DNA of 64,000 bases, from NCBI GenBank assembly GCA_973895155.1, contig OZ316897.1, positions 1,638,515 to 1,702,514 on the forward strand. Reading direction: 5' to 3'. Below, one piece after another: positions 13,001-25,140 of this stretch. Within the stretch, counting starts at the first letter, position 1. The number at the start of each line of letters is the position of its first letter. The translations under genes and the position numbers were made by a program. Source of the DNA: Marsupella aquatica (taxonomy: Eukaryota > Plantae > Marchantiophyta). Below the pieces are notes generated by a model. It was not told where the DNA came from. It saw nothing but the letters and a program-made list of their open reading frames with translations, and did no database searches.

Positions 13001-14974
13001 ACACTCAAGATATGGATGCTATTCGAGAAGCTATGCAGACCAATACCTACACCAGAGCTCAGCAACCAGATCCGACGGCACTACTCCAACAAGATTAGCT
13101 CTACTGCGACCATAGTTAAGTTATATAGAGCTACGCTATTTTAGTTAAATATTTAAAGTAGTCAAAAAAATCTCATACTTTTCCAGGAGATAGCCCTTGC
13201 GTAGTAGAACCTACCCTGAAAATCTCAACTCAAACCGACATGTGGTTTGAAAGTTAAAAATATTTTAGTTTTATTATTTTCTGCTTAGACGCGAAAGCGC
13301 CAATGAGCTTATGCGCCTATGAGCTTATGCGCGCATGCGCCCAACACTTAGAAAATTTTCCGATTTTTTTTTTCTACAACATTTTTAACACTTTTACCTA
13401 TTTTATTGAGACACTTAGGTACCTCAGAAAAGTCTCATATTTTTCCAGCATGAAGAATATACATCAGAGACCACTTCAGCAAAGTCTCACCTTTTTATGA
13501 CTTTTAGTTTAGAAATTAAAATTTGGATAAAACCCCTATTCATTAGTTTTACCACAAATTCCCTTTTACAATAGTTAACACCTGAAATATCTTTTAGTTA
13601 GCTTTTCATTCCAGGAACATTTTACTGAACCTTGGGTACTTATGTAGTACAATTTTATTATTTTACTTTTACCCATGACCCTTGAGATAAGAAAGGGCAT
13701 GTTCTTTCGTTGTCTTTTTTCCTTTTAGTTCCTCCTAGCATATAAGTAGTAGTTCTCATGTCATTTCAAGTGTGAAGAAATTTCATGAGCGCTCAGTTGC
13801 AAGATTGCAACTTTGTTACCTCCATTTGTAGCAAGCACTCCATTGCATATGAGTACTTAATACAAAGGAATTCTTCTCCCTTCAAGTCTAAATGAATGAG
13901 AAGTTTGGACCCTTGAAGTAGTGATTGTTAAATCTTTTGAGTATGTGGAAATAGATTCCTTGTTGGTGATGTTTCACATATTCCTTAGTTCTTGATGCAT
14001 AGTTTTTGACGTGACATTGCTTGTGCACGGGATGCAAAGATTGTTACTTACCAATTACTTATGGCTTCAAATTTGATTATGATGGTGTCTCTTATTTGTG
14101 ACACAAAGTACCGATTGGATACAGAAGTGATTGATTACTAGTCTCCACTCAGTACCTTCCTTGGAATTGATTTTTTATAAAAAGTTTAAGCCCGCGAAAA
14201 ACCCCACGGGCAGGGCAAACAAGCCACACGGCAAAACAAGACCACCCCCCCAAGCCACACGGCCGTCACCAGACAACCCAAAACCAACAAGTCAAGAGAG
14301 AATAGCAGTAGCAAATGAGAAGAGGGGGTCCCATGTCAGGACCACAGCTAAGACCTAATCCCGCATTCTAATCCCATTGTGGGCACAGGGTCATCCACTA
14401 GTGGAAATACAGCCCCTGCCATCACTAAGCCAGAGCCTACGCAAACTGTCAATCCTATCTTTTGCTCGGCACAATCGGGTGTTCTTTCTACCAGGGGGTG
14501 AGCATCTGCTCACAGCATTCAAGCACTCAGCAGCTTCAGAAAGCACTAGGCTCAACTCCACTCAGTACCTTGGAAGGAAAAGTTGAGACATGTTGACGGC
14601 ATCTTAGTAATCATCCTAGTACAGTAATCCTTTCCAAAAATGTTCTTGCGAATATACCACCTAAATCATATCAAATGAAGTTATGTTGAGGAGTCACCTT
14701 GGTTGTTTCCTAACTCCCTCACCATACCTCAAGATTTTCATTGTGTTTTGTTAATTGTTTCTATTTTGTTAATTTTATTTACAATGTCAAGCAAACATTC
14801 AAATCTATGTTTTGTTGAGCAACCATAGTAAAAGGCTCACCTTTGTGTTTTTGTTACTTAAGTCATTCAAAAGTACGAAATCATAGAAAATCATTCCTTA
14901 CATGTTCTTCCATGGGAACGAATACTGAGTTTTGGATCTTAAATGTTTATTTATGTCCCTAGTGTGATACTACA
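10087..14974 (+). mobile_element. 4888-bp TG..CA element with 5-bp TSD, probably a giant solo LTR (Athila-like 3' end)
   Basis: CATAG (10082-10086) | TGTGATA...TACTACA | CATAG (14975-14979). Removing it restores CGTACATAGTAT, as in the uninterrupted host repeat at ~15139. GGGAACGAAT lies 60 nt before the end, versus 61 nt before the PBS-adjacent LTR end at 33336. Confidence 0.85.
10615..13098 (+). CDS. 827-aa retrotransposon accessory-type protein (plant transposon / Transposase_32-like N-domain by eye)
   Basis: Intact ORF; LEFLVPIFHPTRP...VNWG...LPAYLSQLY aligns by eye with the 44478 ORF (LRFIVPILTPDKP...INWA...APMLFHLY). Confidence 0.8.
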   Translation: MAGVEEMSGDSPIPKAILVKYPALERDLMLLTDALEVMHLGKLLSIPWSSVCPTYLREFADESQIPEAFQETVRADPKKWDLEFVADAFSCPSEGCGLQSGKSTLSDPMFAGMKNTKAGWKLNQCIDYTFKIILEFLVPIFHPTRPYMVPVSLANTFVTSWKGLAEVNWGLLLRHTILSQFNAVHNEKPTYLPAYLSQLYWYGDCLLPQEKLERIALLEELDVEHSEADSTLDDLRMEETSEASHQEIIPPALELMDEDINPHVEITPYHTNSSPTDHSPLPVIPTSEHNHPEKLIDDGKAIFNQDIVDSLSRMLTCDPKEILPIVDRLRTASVTQPSPAYNCITPYSSTSIYSSTQSPIQSKHPFTEGQSEAPRTTHHLSLTDIENPDTIMGSPMDERLPPLRTDLQQIVNTSPRHSAEYYFNLVGEICKMLECDPGHLIKVSDEVMYRLSRISSHDQHLEYCEDLVHRFTQMFGCNTKQVYSAVRYHTSASGSPISYSSSPSSHSPTSPYSPSNQPNQLFPSFPEPEITPTDAHLAISFPDTLPPSQDKSCQVNFIPTLHIDPKTPQESIKQFAEFVRVSDLRSPPILEFWKYYHKKRVECLYILKLHLLEVTRLEIAEMDEIWIEAEYFRPVLAIMILVGHLVLENGDLALAYFGNLPAYVLEFIIVFLRQTKRRFQMNHEASPVQPVVLQRFVTPVPEKQRIWNNITSQRLTEYTLKWRELLPRVTSFLPFARDSEVFMAKFPQNYHATCCTYDFIGIYMQASKVNTMLHRRLLPVLDLERQRKSLPFYRHHTQDMDAIREAMQTNTYTRAQQPDPTALLQQD

Positions 14975-15480
14975 CATAGTATCAGTAATATTACATGGTC
15001 TACAATGAACGATGTATTCCTCATTGTTAAGCATTTATCGTCCCTACTGGCCCGCCTGCTGGTAATCATACATCAAAATATGGTTGCATTCATTGATTGA
15101 AAGAGAAAAACAAGGATTATCACGGTATGCAGTGGTATCGTACATAGTATATGTCATATTTTGATGCGTTTATCGTGGACTGGGCTGGCATGCTCCGTAC
15201 TCTATTACGTGATATTATTGGGACGATATACTTAGCATGAATATTACGTTTACCTTGGCGGTACTTATTGCAAGTCGATAGCAGTAGAAGTGTGCACAAT
15301 AGTTTTGATGCGGCGAGTAGCAATTCTGTTTGCGGGCGCAGATACAGCTTTGAGGCAACAGCTCCGACTTTGATTTGCGTGTGTTGTGAGCGATATGATA
15401 GCGCGGCCGCAGGCGGACTTGGAAGCAACGGGTTGAAGGCAGATGCAGGCCCCTATCCGCGTTACCAACCTCTCCACGCC

Positions 15481-16113
15481 ATGGCTGAATGGACTCCACT
15501 CGCAGAATTTGAGGGTTGTCAGGCGGCTTCTAAAGGCAAGGACTTTCCACCCTCCTTGGTGTGGGCGTTCAATTATGTAGCCAGGCATCCATATCCACGT
15601 AAATTTGTTTACTCTGCGTGTCCACAAACTTCATGCTCGAGATCGCTTGAATTTGGGCCGCAATGTGGGCATCGTTTACCGGGGGAACCAAAGTTTAGAT
15701 TTGAGCTCGTTTTATTTGATGCAGTACACGGGGCGCGAAAACCCATGCGGGCTAACATCTGGAAATGTGCCTGCAATTTGTGGAAGTGTACCCCATACGA
15801 CTTCAATGTCTTGCCTGAGCTAGACCAGGTTCGTTTGGTACAGTCAGTTCTGCAGAATTGTCCCAAGATTAAAGTGTCACTTTCAATAAGAGATATGGAG
15901 TTGCATATTGAGCACCTAAAGATTATGGATGAGGGTTTGACAGTGCCACGTTCCCTACATGTTGGGTCCTCCCTCGGGTCCTCCAGTGTGAGGAGGCCCA
16001 TCGCCAGGACTTCCACCAATGGTAAGGAGACTGAGTTGACTACTCCAGCTAAGTCTTTGTCAACTACTCCATCAAAGTCTTCTCGTGCAAAAAAGTCCTC
16101 AACAATCTTATAA
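15481..16113 (+). CDS. RPA70 C-terminal OB-fold/zinc-ribbon-like protein (possibly Helitron cargo)
   Basis: FVYSACPQTSCSRSL...QCGH...PKFRFELVLFD resembles the YxACP..C..C..RY...D signature of Rep_fac-A_C; first ATG of this block at 15481. Confidence 0.65.
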   Translation: MAEWTPLAEFEGCQAASKGKDFPPSLVWAFNYVARHPYPRKFVYSACPQTSCSRSLEFGPQCGHRLPGEPKFRFELVLFDAVHGARKPMRANIWKCACNLWKCTPYDFNVLPELDQVRLVQSVLQNCPKIKVSLSIRDMELHIEHLKIMDEGLTVPRSLHVGSSLGSSSVRRPIARTSTNGKETELTTPAKSLSTTPSKSSRAKKSSTIL

Positions 16114-17849
16114 AGGCATTGCAGGAGGCTGATCTAGACGATTGACCGCTACACGGACGCTTATTCAAGTTTAGCGCAAGGGTGGACTTCGAAGGCGTAG
16201 GGATTTTTGTCAGTTTTGTAGGGACCCAGTGTGCCAAAGGTTGCTAACGAGGAGACTTCTGGGGATTTTTGTTTAGTTTGCACCAGGTTTATGATACTGA
16301 ATACACAACGTGCTCGTGAATGATCAATACATACCATGATTTGCGTTAGTTTTTTATAACTCGGTGATTGCGCGCCATATATTTTTGCATTTTCATGAGC
16401 AGCAAGCATGGGCCTTTTACCCTGCGCCGTGTTTCTCTTTGTGCCTGTATATCCCTTCATTGTACTGCGGTGTTCCGCTATCGAACAAATAAAGTTTTGT
16501 TTTAGACAATGATAATGTCGGGTGGCAAACTTTGTGGATGCTTCGAGGTTTCATTCACAGATACTAGGATTTACTGTTTCCATAAATCATAATATCATGT
16601 CCGAGTACCTAGTGAGGCGGAGGGACAGCATACACATCTTACTAGGATTGACTGTTTCCAAAAATCATAGTATGTCCGAGTACCCAGTGAGGCGGAGAGA
16701 CGGCACCCGGTGCGCCGAAGGCTGCTAACGACACGACGGTTGCTAATGAGGAGACTAACTAACTATGACCAAATGTATGACAATACATACCATGATAAAA
16801 TTGAGTCTTTTCATCATATCACTTATTTCACATCGCACCCTTGTAGGACTCTTTATTTATGCATAACGTGCAACTTCCACATAGGACATGGATTTGATTT
16901 CTTGACGCCCTAAACGGAAGCTATTTGTAGCGGAGTGGCGGCTTCGGGGGCATTCCATACCATGATACAATCTCCCGGTACATATATGTTTTGTATGTTA
17001 TGTACATTGGTACCAGTATTGCACGTATATGGTATTGAACGTTTACGGTGACATCGGGATCTATTTCGTCAATGGCATCGTATGGAACAACGTAATTTGC
17101 AGTGTAATCACCTGTTGACATTGTATTACAGGGATTCCATCTCATTCCTTTATTTATGTTGTAGTATGGCTTTCTACATTCCATACGACTAATGCTAAAC
17201 TGATCAGGGAAATTGTATAGGGTTCTAATAGCGCTCCTTGCTCTGCCCAGGAAATACAAACTGTTATTGTCACGCCAAGCACGAACTGATAGATGCCCCT
17301 GGATAGAGTTTTCTTTAGGCATGTATGTAGTTACGAGTCACATCAGCCAGCGATGCCTACATAGGCAATTTTCAGCTACTACAATCCTTGCTGATTTTCC
17401 CGTGTACTTCTTTGCAGGGTCAACCTTTAATTGCATTAAAACTCATAAATGTTTCTCTCTTCACAACCCTTGTTGGTTCTCGGTTTACAACAAGTTTACC
17501 GCTCGATCAAAAACCCTGCTGGTAATCACACATCAAAATTTTGCTACATTTGTTGATTTTAAGAAAACATTTCTAGTTATCACAGTATGCAACGGTGTTG
17601 TCGTCCAAAAATGGGAGCTGCGGGCGACTACTACACTATTTACCATAGTTAGTGTTACTATGGAAATAGTGTGACATTGTAAATAGTGTGAGTAACACTT
17701 ATATTTGAATAGAGGAGTATTGGAGCTCAAATAACACTAATTATGGAACATACTAACATAGCACAAAAATAAATAATTCCTATGAAAACACACAATAGAA
17801 TGCTTTATGAATGAACGATTCATGTAAATGTCATGCACTACTACATATT

Positions 17850-18380
17850 TGCCAATTTTGCGAAGGCGTTTTACAAGAGGAAGAAAGCTTTGCAAGATTA
17901 ATCTCATCGCTAAACTTGCGATACGACACGCATCGCACTTAGCGAATCTATCCACATCGCAACACATAATTGTGAAATTTAGACAATCGCAACATTTTAC
18001 GACACTTCACGTATTGCAAACTATTTCCGAAGTAATTATCATTGAACAATTTAGCGATCCTTACCGCTTCGCAAATTTATTGCGATGCGCCGGAAAACTA
18101 AACCGTTGCGAATATTTTAGCATCTCAAACTGTTTTGCGAGTCTTATTGCCTCGCAAATCAGCAATGTTTACAGAATGGCTAACTTGCGATAGGAATAGG
18201 CTCGCAAATCCTGTGCCTGTCTAGGGTCTCATTTTGTGAATGTTTTAATTTCGCAACGTTGAGAGCGTGATATCTTTGGAAGTTTGCGAGGAGTTCATGA
18301 TGGCAATTAGCGAGCATTGTAGTATCGCAAATTTAGCGATGAGTTTGCGGGGGTCGGGGTTTTGCAAGATGTTTCGCAAA
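17850..18380. repeat. CACTA left subterminal TTGCGA/TCGCAA motif cluster
   Basis: Many TTGCGA and TCGCAA in both orientations; matching cluster at 28180-28700. Confidence 0.8.
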
Positions 18381-18404
18381 ATATTATGAGCACTTCAAAG
18401 AGGT

Positions 18405-19030
18405 GGAAAAGGAATGGGATTGGGGAGGGAGGGTAAAGGAGGGAGGATACATGTAATTTTTAGGGAGGGACATTGAAAAGGAGGAGGAAGGGAATGGGGC
18501 TAGGAGGGACAAGGAACGGAGGGATCCAAGAGGGAGGATACAGGTTTAGGGGGCACAAGGAAATGAGGGAGGAGGAAGGGTATGTAGATATAGTTTTAGG
18601 GAGGGTTTGGATTTAGGGAGTGAAAATAAAAAGGAGGGAGTTTAGGGTTTAGAGAGGGACAAGGAAAGGAGGGAGGGTATTGGTTTAGAGAGGGACAAGG
18701 AAATGAGGGAGGTTTAAGGGTATAGGTTTAGGAGGGAGGAGAGAAGCTAGGTTGTATAGGTAAGAGTGGGGGACAGGGGTGGAAAGTAAGGAAAGTACAG
18801 GGTTGAAATAGAAAGGGGTTGGGACAAGGAGAGGAAGGAGGAAGGAGGGTTTAATAAGAGGGACAGACAATGAAAGAAAGGAGGAGGGAGGTGGGTACAA
18901 GTAATAAGGAGAACGGCTAGGGGGGGATTAGGAAAGCATGGAGGATAGAGGACTACAAGAAACATGAGTTTTCTTTGCATAAAGTCTACCAAAAGGTGTG
19001 GTGAGTGTGGGGTAGGGATGGGAGATATAG
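18405..19030. repeat. Purine-rich degenerate repeats (GGAGG, GGGACAAGGAAA, TTTAGG)
   Basis: Strong G/A skew downstream of the transposase stop. Confidence 0.7.
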
Positions 19031-19182
19031 AAAACAACATTTGAAAATGATATACTTACAAAACATAAGTTTATTGATAATTGAGAAGCACATATTTCTC
19101 CATTCTACCGAGAAGAGAAATCTTCATATCATCAAATCTAACTATATATCCGTGTAGCTATATATCCACAAACACAGACCCC

Positions 19183-22100
19183 TCAAACTTGGTCCTCATC
19201 ATCTTCAGGTTGGGACACAACCAGAATATCAGGCTTTTCCCCAACGATTGAACGAGACCGTGGCACATATGTGATGACAAGTGACCATTCCTCTGGGTTT
19301 GGGGGGTATGGAATATAGAAACATTGTTCCACATGACTTGGAAAAGTGAACGGCTCTGATGTTTGCCAATGAGATGGCTGGAAACTAGTGGCAGACGTCT
19401 TCAGTCGTGTAAATCCACACTCATCTTGAACCACAGTAGGATTGTTACCTGCAAGGTTCACTTTGAACCACTTGCACTTGAAGACATACTCTTCAAACTT
19501 TGATTGTGCATCATAAGATATCACTAGAATCTCTTCTACCTTTCCATAATGTGGCACAACATCTCGAATAATATTTGTGTCATGGCGACTGCTGCGGGAA
19601 TCTTGAGAGAATTGTCCTTGAACTCCACAATCAAAGGTACGACCCCTCTTCTCATCAAGGGAAGAAATCCTAAAATCCATCAAACCATAAGGATATGTTA
19701 CACAAAAATAGACACAAACATATTCCAATTAATGGAACACACCAAGAATCTGCCTCTTCAATATACGTGCTTGTATTACAAATGAATTAAATTAAACCAA
19801 GTGATTCAAATCAAAGGTTACTAAGGTAGATGGAGATCACCTTAAATGTCTTCCTTGTGTCCACATTGCTGTCCTTGTTGTAACCACTCTCAAGGGACCA
19901 TGAACAATGGTACGAACATCATCTGTGATAGCCGGAAAATGTAATACACTATCTCCCTTGACCACCATGTCATCCACCTCAACTAACTTCTCCTTCATAT
20001 AGTCAAGGTACTTTGGAAAAATCCTTGGTCTTGTGCTGTTACTTTTGGCATCCTCATAGAAATCCCTCCATTCTTCCATGATAGTGCTGTTACTCAACAT
20101 GAATGTGGTCAGTTGTTTCACCTCCACTGGTGTCAACATGCGAGTTTTCCTAGCACCTGTTAAACGATCCTCTTCATCTTCCCTCTCCTCTACCCAAGTA
20201 CGGGGAGAGGTACAATCAATTGTGGCCAATATGTTACTACAATAGAACATACTCTCAGCTGCTAAGTATCCTGTAGCCATGCTTCCCTCAACCCGTGCAC
20301 GGTTACGTACATAACCTTTTAACACTGCCATGTATCGTTCTAGCCAATACATCCACCGACAATGCACAGGACCTGCAATGGCCACCTCATGAACAAGATG
20401 AACAAGTAAATGTACTTGACAGTCAAAAAAGGAAGGAGGAAGGGCCTTCTCCAACTTGCATACCACCTCTGCTGCCAAAACCTCCATCCCAGGGATCTCG
20501 TCAGTATATATCTCCTTAGAGCATACCCATCTCAATAGTTTTCCCAATGACCAAAGGGCATCTTGCACTTCTTCACTTGCCAAACCTATTATGGCCACAG
20601 GCAATATGTGCTGCAATAACCTATGGTAGTCATGTGTCTTGAGATACCTTGGCCACTTACGATTGTCCTCCATCCCAAAGGCCTTTCGAAGATTGGCACC
20701 ATAACCAGTAGGAAACTGCATGTCTCCTATGCGATTCTGAAACTCCCTTCTTTGGCCAACAGGAAGCACCCATGGAGCTGAAGGTCGATGCTCGATCCTT
20801 GTGATAGGATCACTTATGACCCACACGTCTGGATGCATCTCAAGATCCTCACAAGCCTCCCTGAAGTTAGTGTCTTTCTCTCCATAGAAAGCCTTTATCA
20901 AAGCCTTTCCCACATTTCCCTCAATGTGCATGGGGTCTAATAGATGGTGGATCTTCAACTCACCCCAATAGGGCAAAGTGGTTAATATACTCCACCTTGT
21001 CAAGCCACTACCCTCAAATTGCATGGGATCCTCTGGGTCTGCCACTCTTGCAGCCATGTCTTTCCAGTGTGTAAAAGTTGTTGGCTCAGGTACATCACGC
21101 TCGTCACCAAAGGGCATATCAATAGAGGAAAATAGTAGTGGGTCACGCCTCATCTGATGTCCCATTGGAAGAAACTTTGTATGCCCAAGATAAACAATCT
21201 TGCAAAGATGTGATGAATACTTGGCTACATCACCACAAGGCTTGGGCCACAAGTGGAGCAAGCCTTGTAGCCTTGGGTTTGCAACCCACTCACAAAGCCA
21301 AATCCTGGTCATATAAACACACAAATGTTATGTTAGGATTAGCACATGGAAATGAGGGGATACCATGCATTAGAATATGATGCATTTAAACAACAAAGTT
21401 CTTACCTGGGTAGTCATGCATGGTCCACATACAAACCCCTTTGAGTTTGAAAACCCGTGGGGTACCCCCTGTAGTCTTTTGACCATCATATGCCCATACT
21501 CCTTCCCATAATTTCTGGAGTTCCTGAACCAGTAATGTCAAATAGGTGTCCATGTTCTTCACCTTCTTTGGCCCTAGGATAATCAAAGATAGCAACAAAA
21601 AACCCTTTTTCATGGATAACCATGGTGGAAGGTTGTAATTCATGAGAACCACAGGCCAGACCGATGTAGGCCTCCCCTTCCCTCCAAGTGAATGAGGGCT
21701 GACTCCATCTGATGCCAACCCCAGTCGCACATGCCGAGGGTCACGCTCAAAATCTGGCCATGTTGATTCCACATGTTTATGAGCAGGAGAGTCAACTGGT
21801 AATCGCATGACACCGGGCTCCGAACGATGTTTCTTGTGCCATACCATCAACTCGGCCAAGTCAGAACATCTATACATGTGCAACAAGCGAGGAATTATGG
21901 GGAACCAACGAATTGCTTTCCTTGGTACCTTCTGGGTTAGCATGTTTGGCTCATACCGTGGCTCATGACACACTGTGCATTCTGTGATATGGGCTGTATC
22001 CCCGTGAAATAACATGCAATCATTCACACAGGCATGAATAATATGGTAATCCATGCCAATGGATGAGAGAACCTTCTTTGCATCCTTCCAAGTCCCTGGC

Positions 22101-23964
22101 AACACATTCTCCGAGGGTAACATCAAGTCATGACAATATTCAAATATGTCTGATAACATAGAATTGCTTGCCTTGTGTTTGGCTTGAATGTTCAAGAGCC
22201 CCAATATGGCAGAAAGATGGCTCAATCGAGCACCCTCAAAAATAGGTGTTCGAGCATGTTCCTCTGCCTCTTTCCATTGTTGTTGTCCCTCTGGAGTATG
22301 TTGTGGCCGTGGGTCGTTTGAAGGGCCAGCCTCATGACCAATGTGAGGCACATCATCCTCAACATTGGCACCAAACCAATCAACCATGAAGTCATCCATG
22401 GCTCTATCTTGATCATGCATGACCTGGTCATCAGTCCGAGGTGCAGCTTCCTCATCAGCACCACCTATATCATTACTTGATGAGGAATCACCCTCTGATG
22501 GTTCTCCCTCTTTTGGCATACCCATCTCCCGATATGTTGCTCTCAACCTTCGTGGTAACATTTGTTGAGATGGTTGCGCATTCTATGCACATTACAACCA
22601 AAAAACCTCCTCATGAATGTATATTTGACCAAGTACAACAAATTAAAATAGACTTAACACCATTCATTCAAGACATTAAGAATTAAAGTAAATGCATGGG
22701 CTAAAACCTTATTACTCCAAAATGAGCCCAAAGGCCATATATATAATAGTAAATGGGAAGTCCAAAACATGTGCAAGAGGATAAAGGACATGATTTCCTA
22801 ATCCCACTCATAGTGTGTGAATAACTCATCTCCTGCTCTAATGGTCCTAGTAGCAAGAACTAGGCAATGGTCCTTATGATATGTCGTGCCATATGGTGCC
22901 GGCATTGGACCATCAGTAAAAACCCACTCACAATTGGCCCTACGCTTGGGCCGAGTCCCCACAGTACTATTTATGAAACCAGCAATATTCCCATTACGTA
23001 TGGGATCACCGTCTATCACCCGCTGCTCACTATACCTTCTAGTGCTACCATCAAAAGTATCCATCTCTAGAGCATATGTTTTCCACTCAGGATGTTGTGC
23101 AAGGATCATGTTCCAATGTCTTCTCTTGTAGATGGGTCCACCATATGGGAACAAAGTAGGACCCTCTCTACCACGAACACTTGACCCACACTCCTCATCC
23201 ATGATGATATCCTCACAAGCAAATACTCCATATCCATGTCTCTCTCCAAGTGTGGAAGTTTTCACAATCCAACGTCTACCCCAAACCACAATCTCCTCAT
23301 CAAAATCTGTAAAATAAGGCAAGCCAAGAGTGATAGGTTCCCAATCCTTGATGATAGAGGCACACTTGCCAGTGAATGAACAAACAACCCACCTACCCTG
23401 AACTAGTGTTCTGGATGGGTCATTGGGTGCTCGTGGCCTCCTGTTGGACTGGGGCTTGGACCAGGGTCTTCGTGTCTCAGTGGGCACATGAGGGTGTTCC
23501 CCTTCTGTCCCATGACTGGTACTGATTCCCAAACCCAAGGCTTGTGAAAGTGCATTGCCTATAGCATCTAAAACTCCTTGTGATGGGACATAGGGTGGTG
23601 GTGTCACCAATCTACGCATACTGGATCCCTTTTCCATGCAAACACCCACAAACAACCAAATGTGTAAACCATATGTGTAAACATTGATTCACCTCTAAAA
23701 ATAACAGTAAAGAATGGCAATCAATTGAAACAAACTTACCATATGGGATGAAGAAGCCCCGGGAGTAAGACCTCTATGACGTCCATATCTCTCCATATGT
23801 TGAGCACACACATAAGATTTTTGAGAAATTTGGCCCACACATCTGGTGCAGTCACAAAGTCTTCGGGGTGGACCACGAGGACCGGTAACCTCGGGCTGAG
23901 GAGGAGGGGGTATATCATCATCGGAGGAGTACTCACTACTGGATAGTTCAGAGGAAGAGGACAT
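19183..23964 (-). pseudogene. CACTA TnpD-type transposase (Transposase_21/Tnp2 + DUF4218 + DUF4216-like)
   Basis: Predicted exons 23740-23964, 21406-22582, 19841-21304 and 19183-19669 with GT-AG junctions; IHACVNDC, RLGLASDG, NYNLPPW, MHDYPG, LDPMHIE, FFDCQVHLLVHL, RWMYWLER, FKCKWF; frameshift near 21235. Confidence 0.9.
22798..23628 (-). CDS. SET-domain lysine methyltransferase exon within transposase intron 1
   Basis: STLGERHGYGVFACEDI, YGG, IDGD...GNIAGFINS...ANC, LATRTIRAGDELFTHY; no stops; phase-0 AG acceptor at 23629-23630. Confidence 0.85.
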   Translation of the reverse strand, partial: GSSMRRLVTPPPYVPSQGVLDAIGNALSQALGLGISTSHGTEGEHPHVPTETRRPWSKPQSNRRPRAPNDPSRTLVQGRWVVCSFTGKCASIIKDWEPITLGLPYFTDFDEEIVVWGRRWIVKTSTLGERHGYGVFACEDIIMDEECGSSVRGREGPTLFPYGGPIYKRRHWNMILAQHPEWKTYALEMDTFDGSTRRYSEQRVIDGDPIRNGNIAGFINSTVGTRPKRRANCEWVFTDGPMPAPYGTTYHKDHCLVLATRTIRAGDELFTHYEWD

Positions 23965-24102
23965 ATCCACTACCACATTACATTGCATGTAGGGCATGAT
24001 TAGGAAAAATTAGGCCATGATATATAAAGCGATTTTCAAAAAAATGAACTCAAAAAACAATTAGGTTGGCTTATACATGGGGGTTTATTACCCTTTTATA
24101 TT

Positions 24103-25140
24103 TGTTAGCATGAAACCCAAATTAAGGTGAGTGTCATGCAAGAAGAAACCACATTATAACCTTTGGGAAAATTGTAATACCCTATGTCCTAAGTGAGGTT
24201 AGATTATTACCTGAATGAGACCCGGGCTCAACAGTGCCTATAGGTCACGTGGCTTTTGGAACATTTGCCAAATCTAGAAGTAGGAGGAAAATACTGGAAA
24301 CAAAATGTAAGTTTGGATGGTAATTAGCAGCCGTCAAGTTGTGGAATCTTAGACATTTACCCATATATATCATGGCACAACAAAGAAGGGCAAGCATAAA
24401 AATCTGTACTAACAACATTGACTATATACATGATGTTATACCTTTTAGATGCCCGGGTTCCCACAATGCATATGCATTAGACAAAAGTTGAGGTAGTAGT
24501 GCTGGCCCTGCGTTGTATCATGATTACATGGGTTTTCCCCTCAATTGTTAGCATAAAACCCTAAACCCTAAACCCTTATCCCCCCTCGAGTGAAAGGTGA
24601 GTGTCATGCAATAAAAACCCACCCTAGACCCCTGGGAAAACTCTAAAGGCCTAAGCCCAAAATGAAGTTGGACAATTACCTGAATGAGATCCGGACTCAA
24701 TAGTGCCTGTAGGTCGTGTGGCTCAATGAACATGAGCTGAATCTAGAAGCACGAGGAACATACTGGAAACAAAAAGTAAGTTTGGATAGCCATTAGCTTC
24801 TCTCAAGTTGTAGACCCCCAAACATGTGCATATAGATATTCTTGCACAACAAAGAAGGGCAAGGTTTATGAACAATCTCTTTATCAAACCCTGCTAACAT
24901 ACATGTTTAAATATACCTTTTAGATGTCCGGGTTCCCACAATGCATATGCATTAGACAAAAGTTGAGGAAGCAGTGATGGTCCTGCACTGGATCATGATT
25001 ACATGGGATTTCCCTCAATTGTTAGCATAAAAACCAAAACCTCATCCCGCTTCAAGTGAAAGGTGAATTGTGTCATGCAATAAAAACCCACCATAGACCC
25101 TTGGGAACTCTAAAAGCTTAAGCCAATGAAGTTAGCAAAA
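24103..25140. repeat. ~440-470-bp tandem duplication (2 copies plus a partial third) between the two divergent CACTA genes
   Basis: TGTTAGCAT...AAGGTGA..GTGTCATGCAA at ~24103, 24546 and 25020. Confidence 0.85.
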
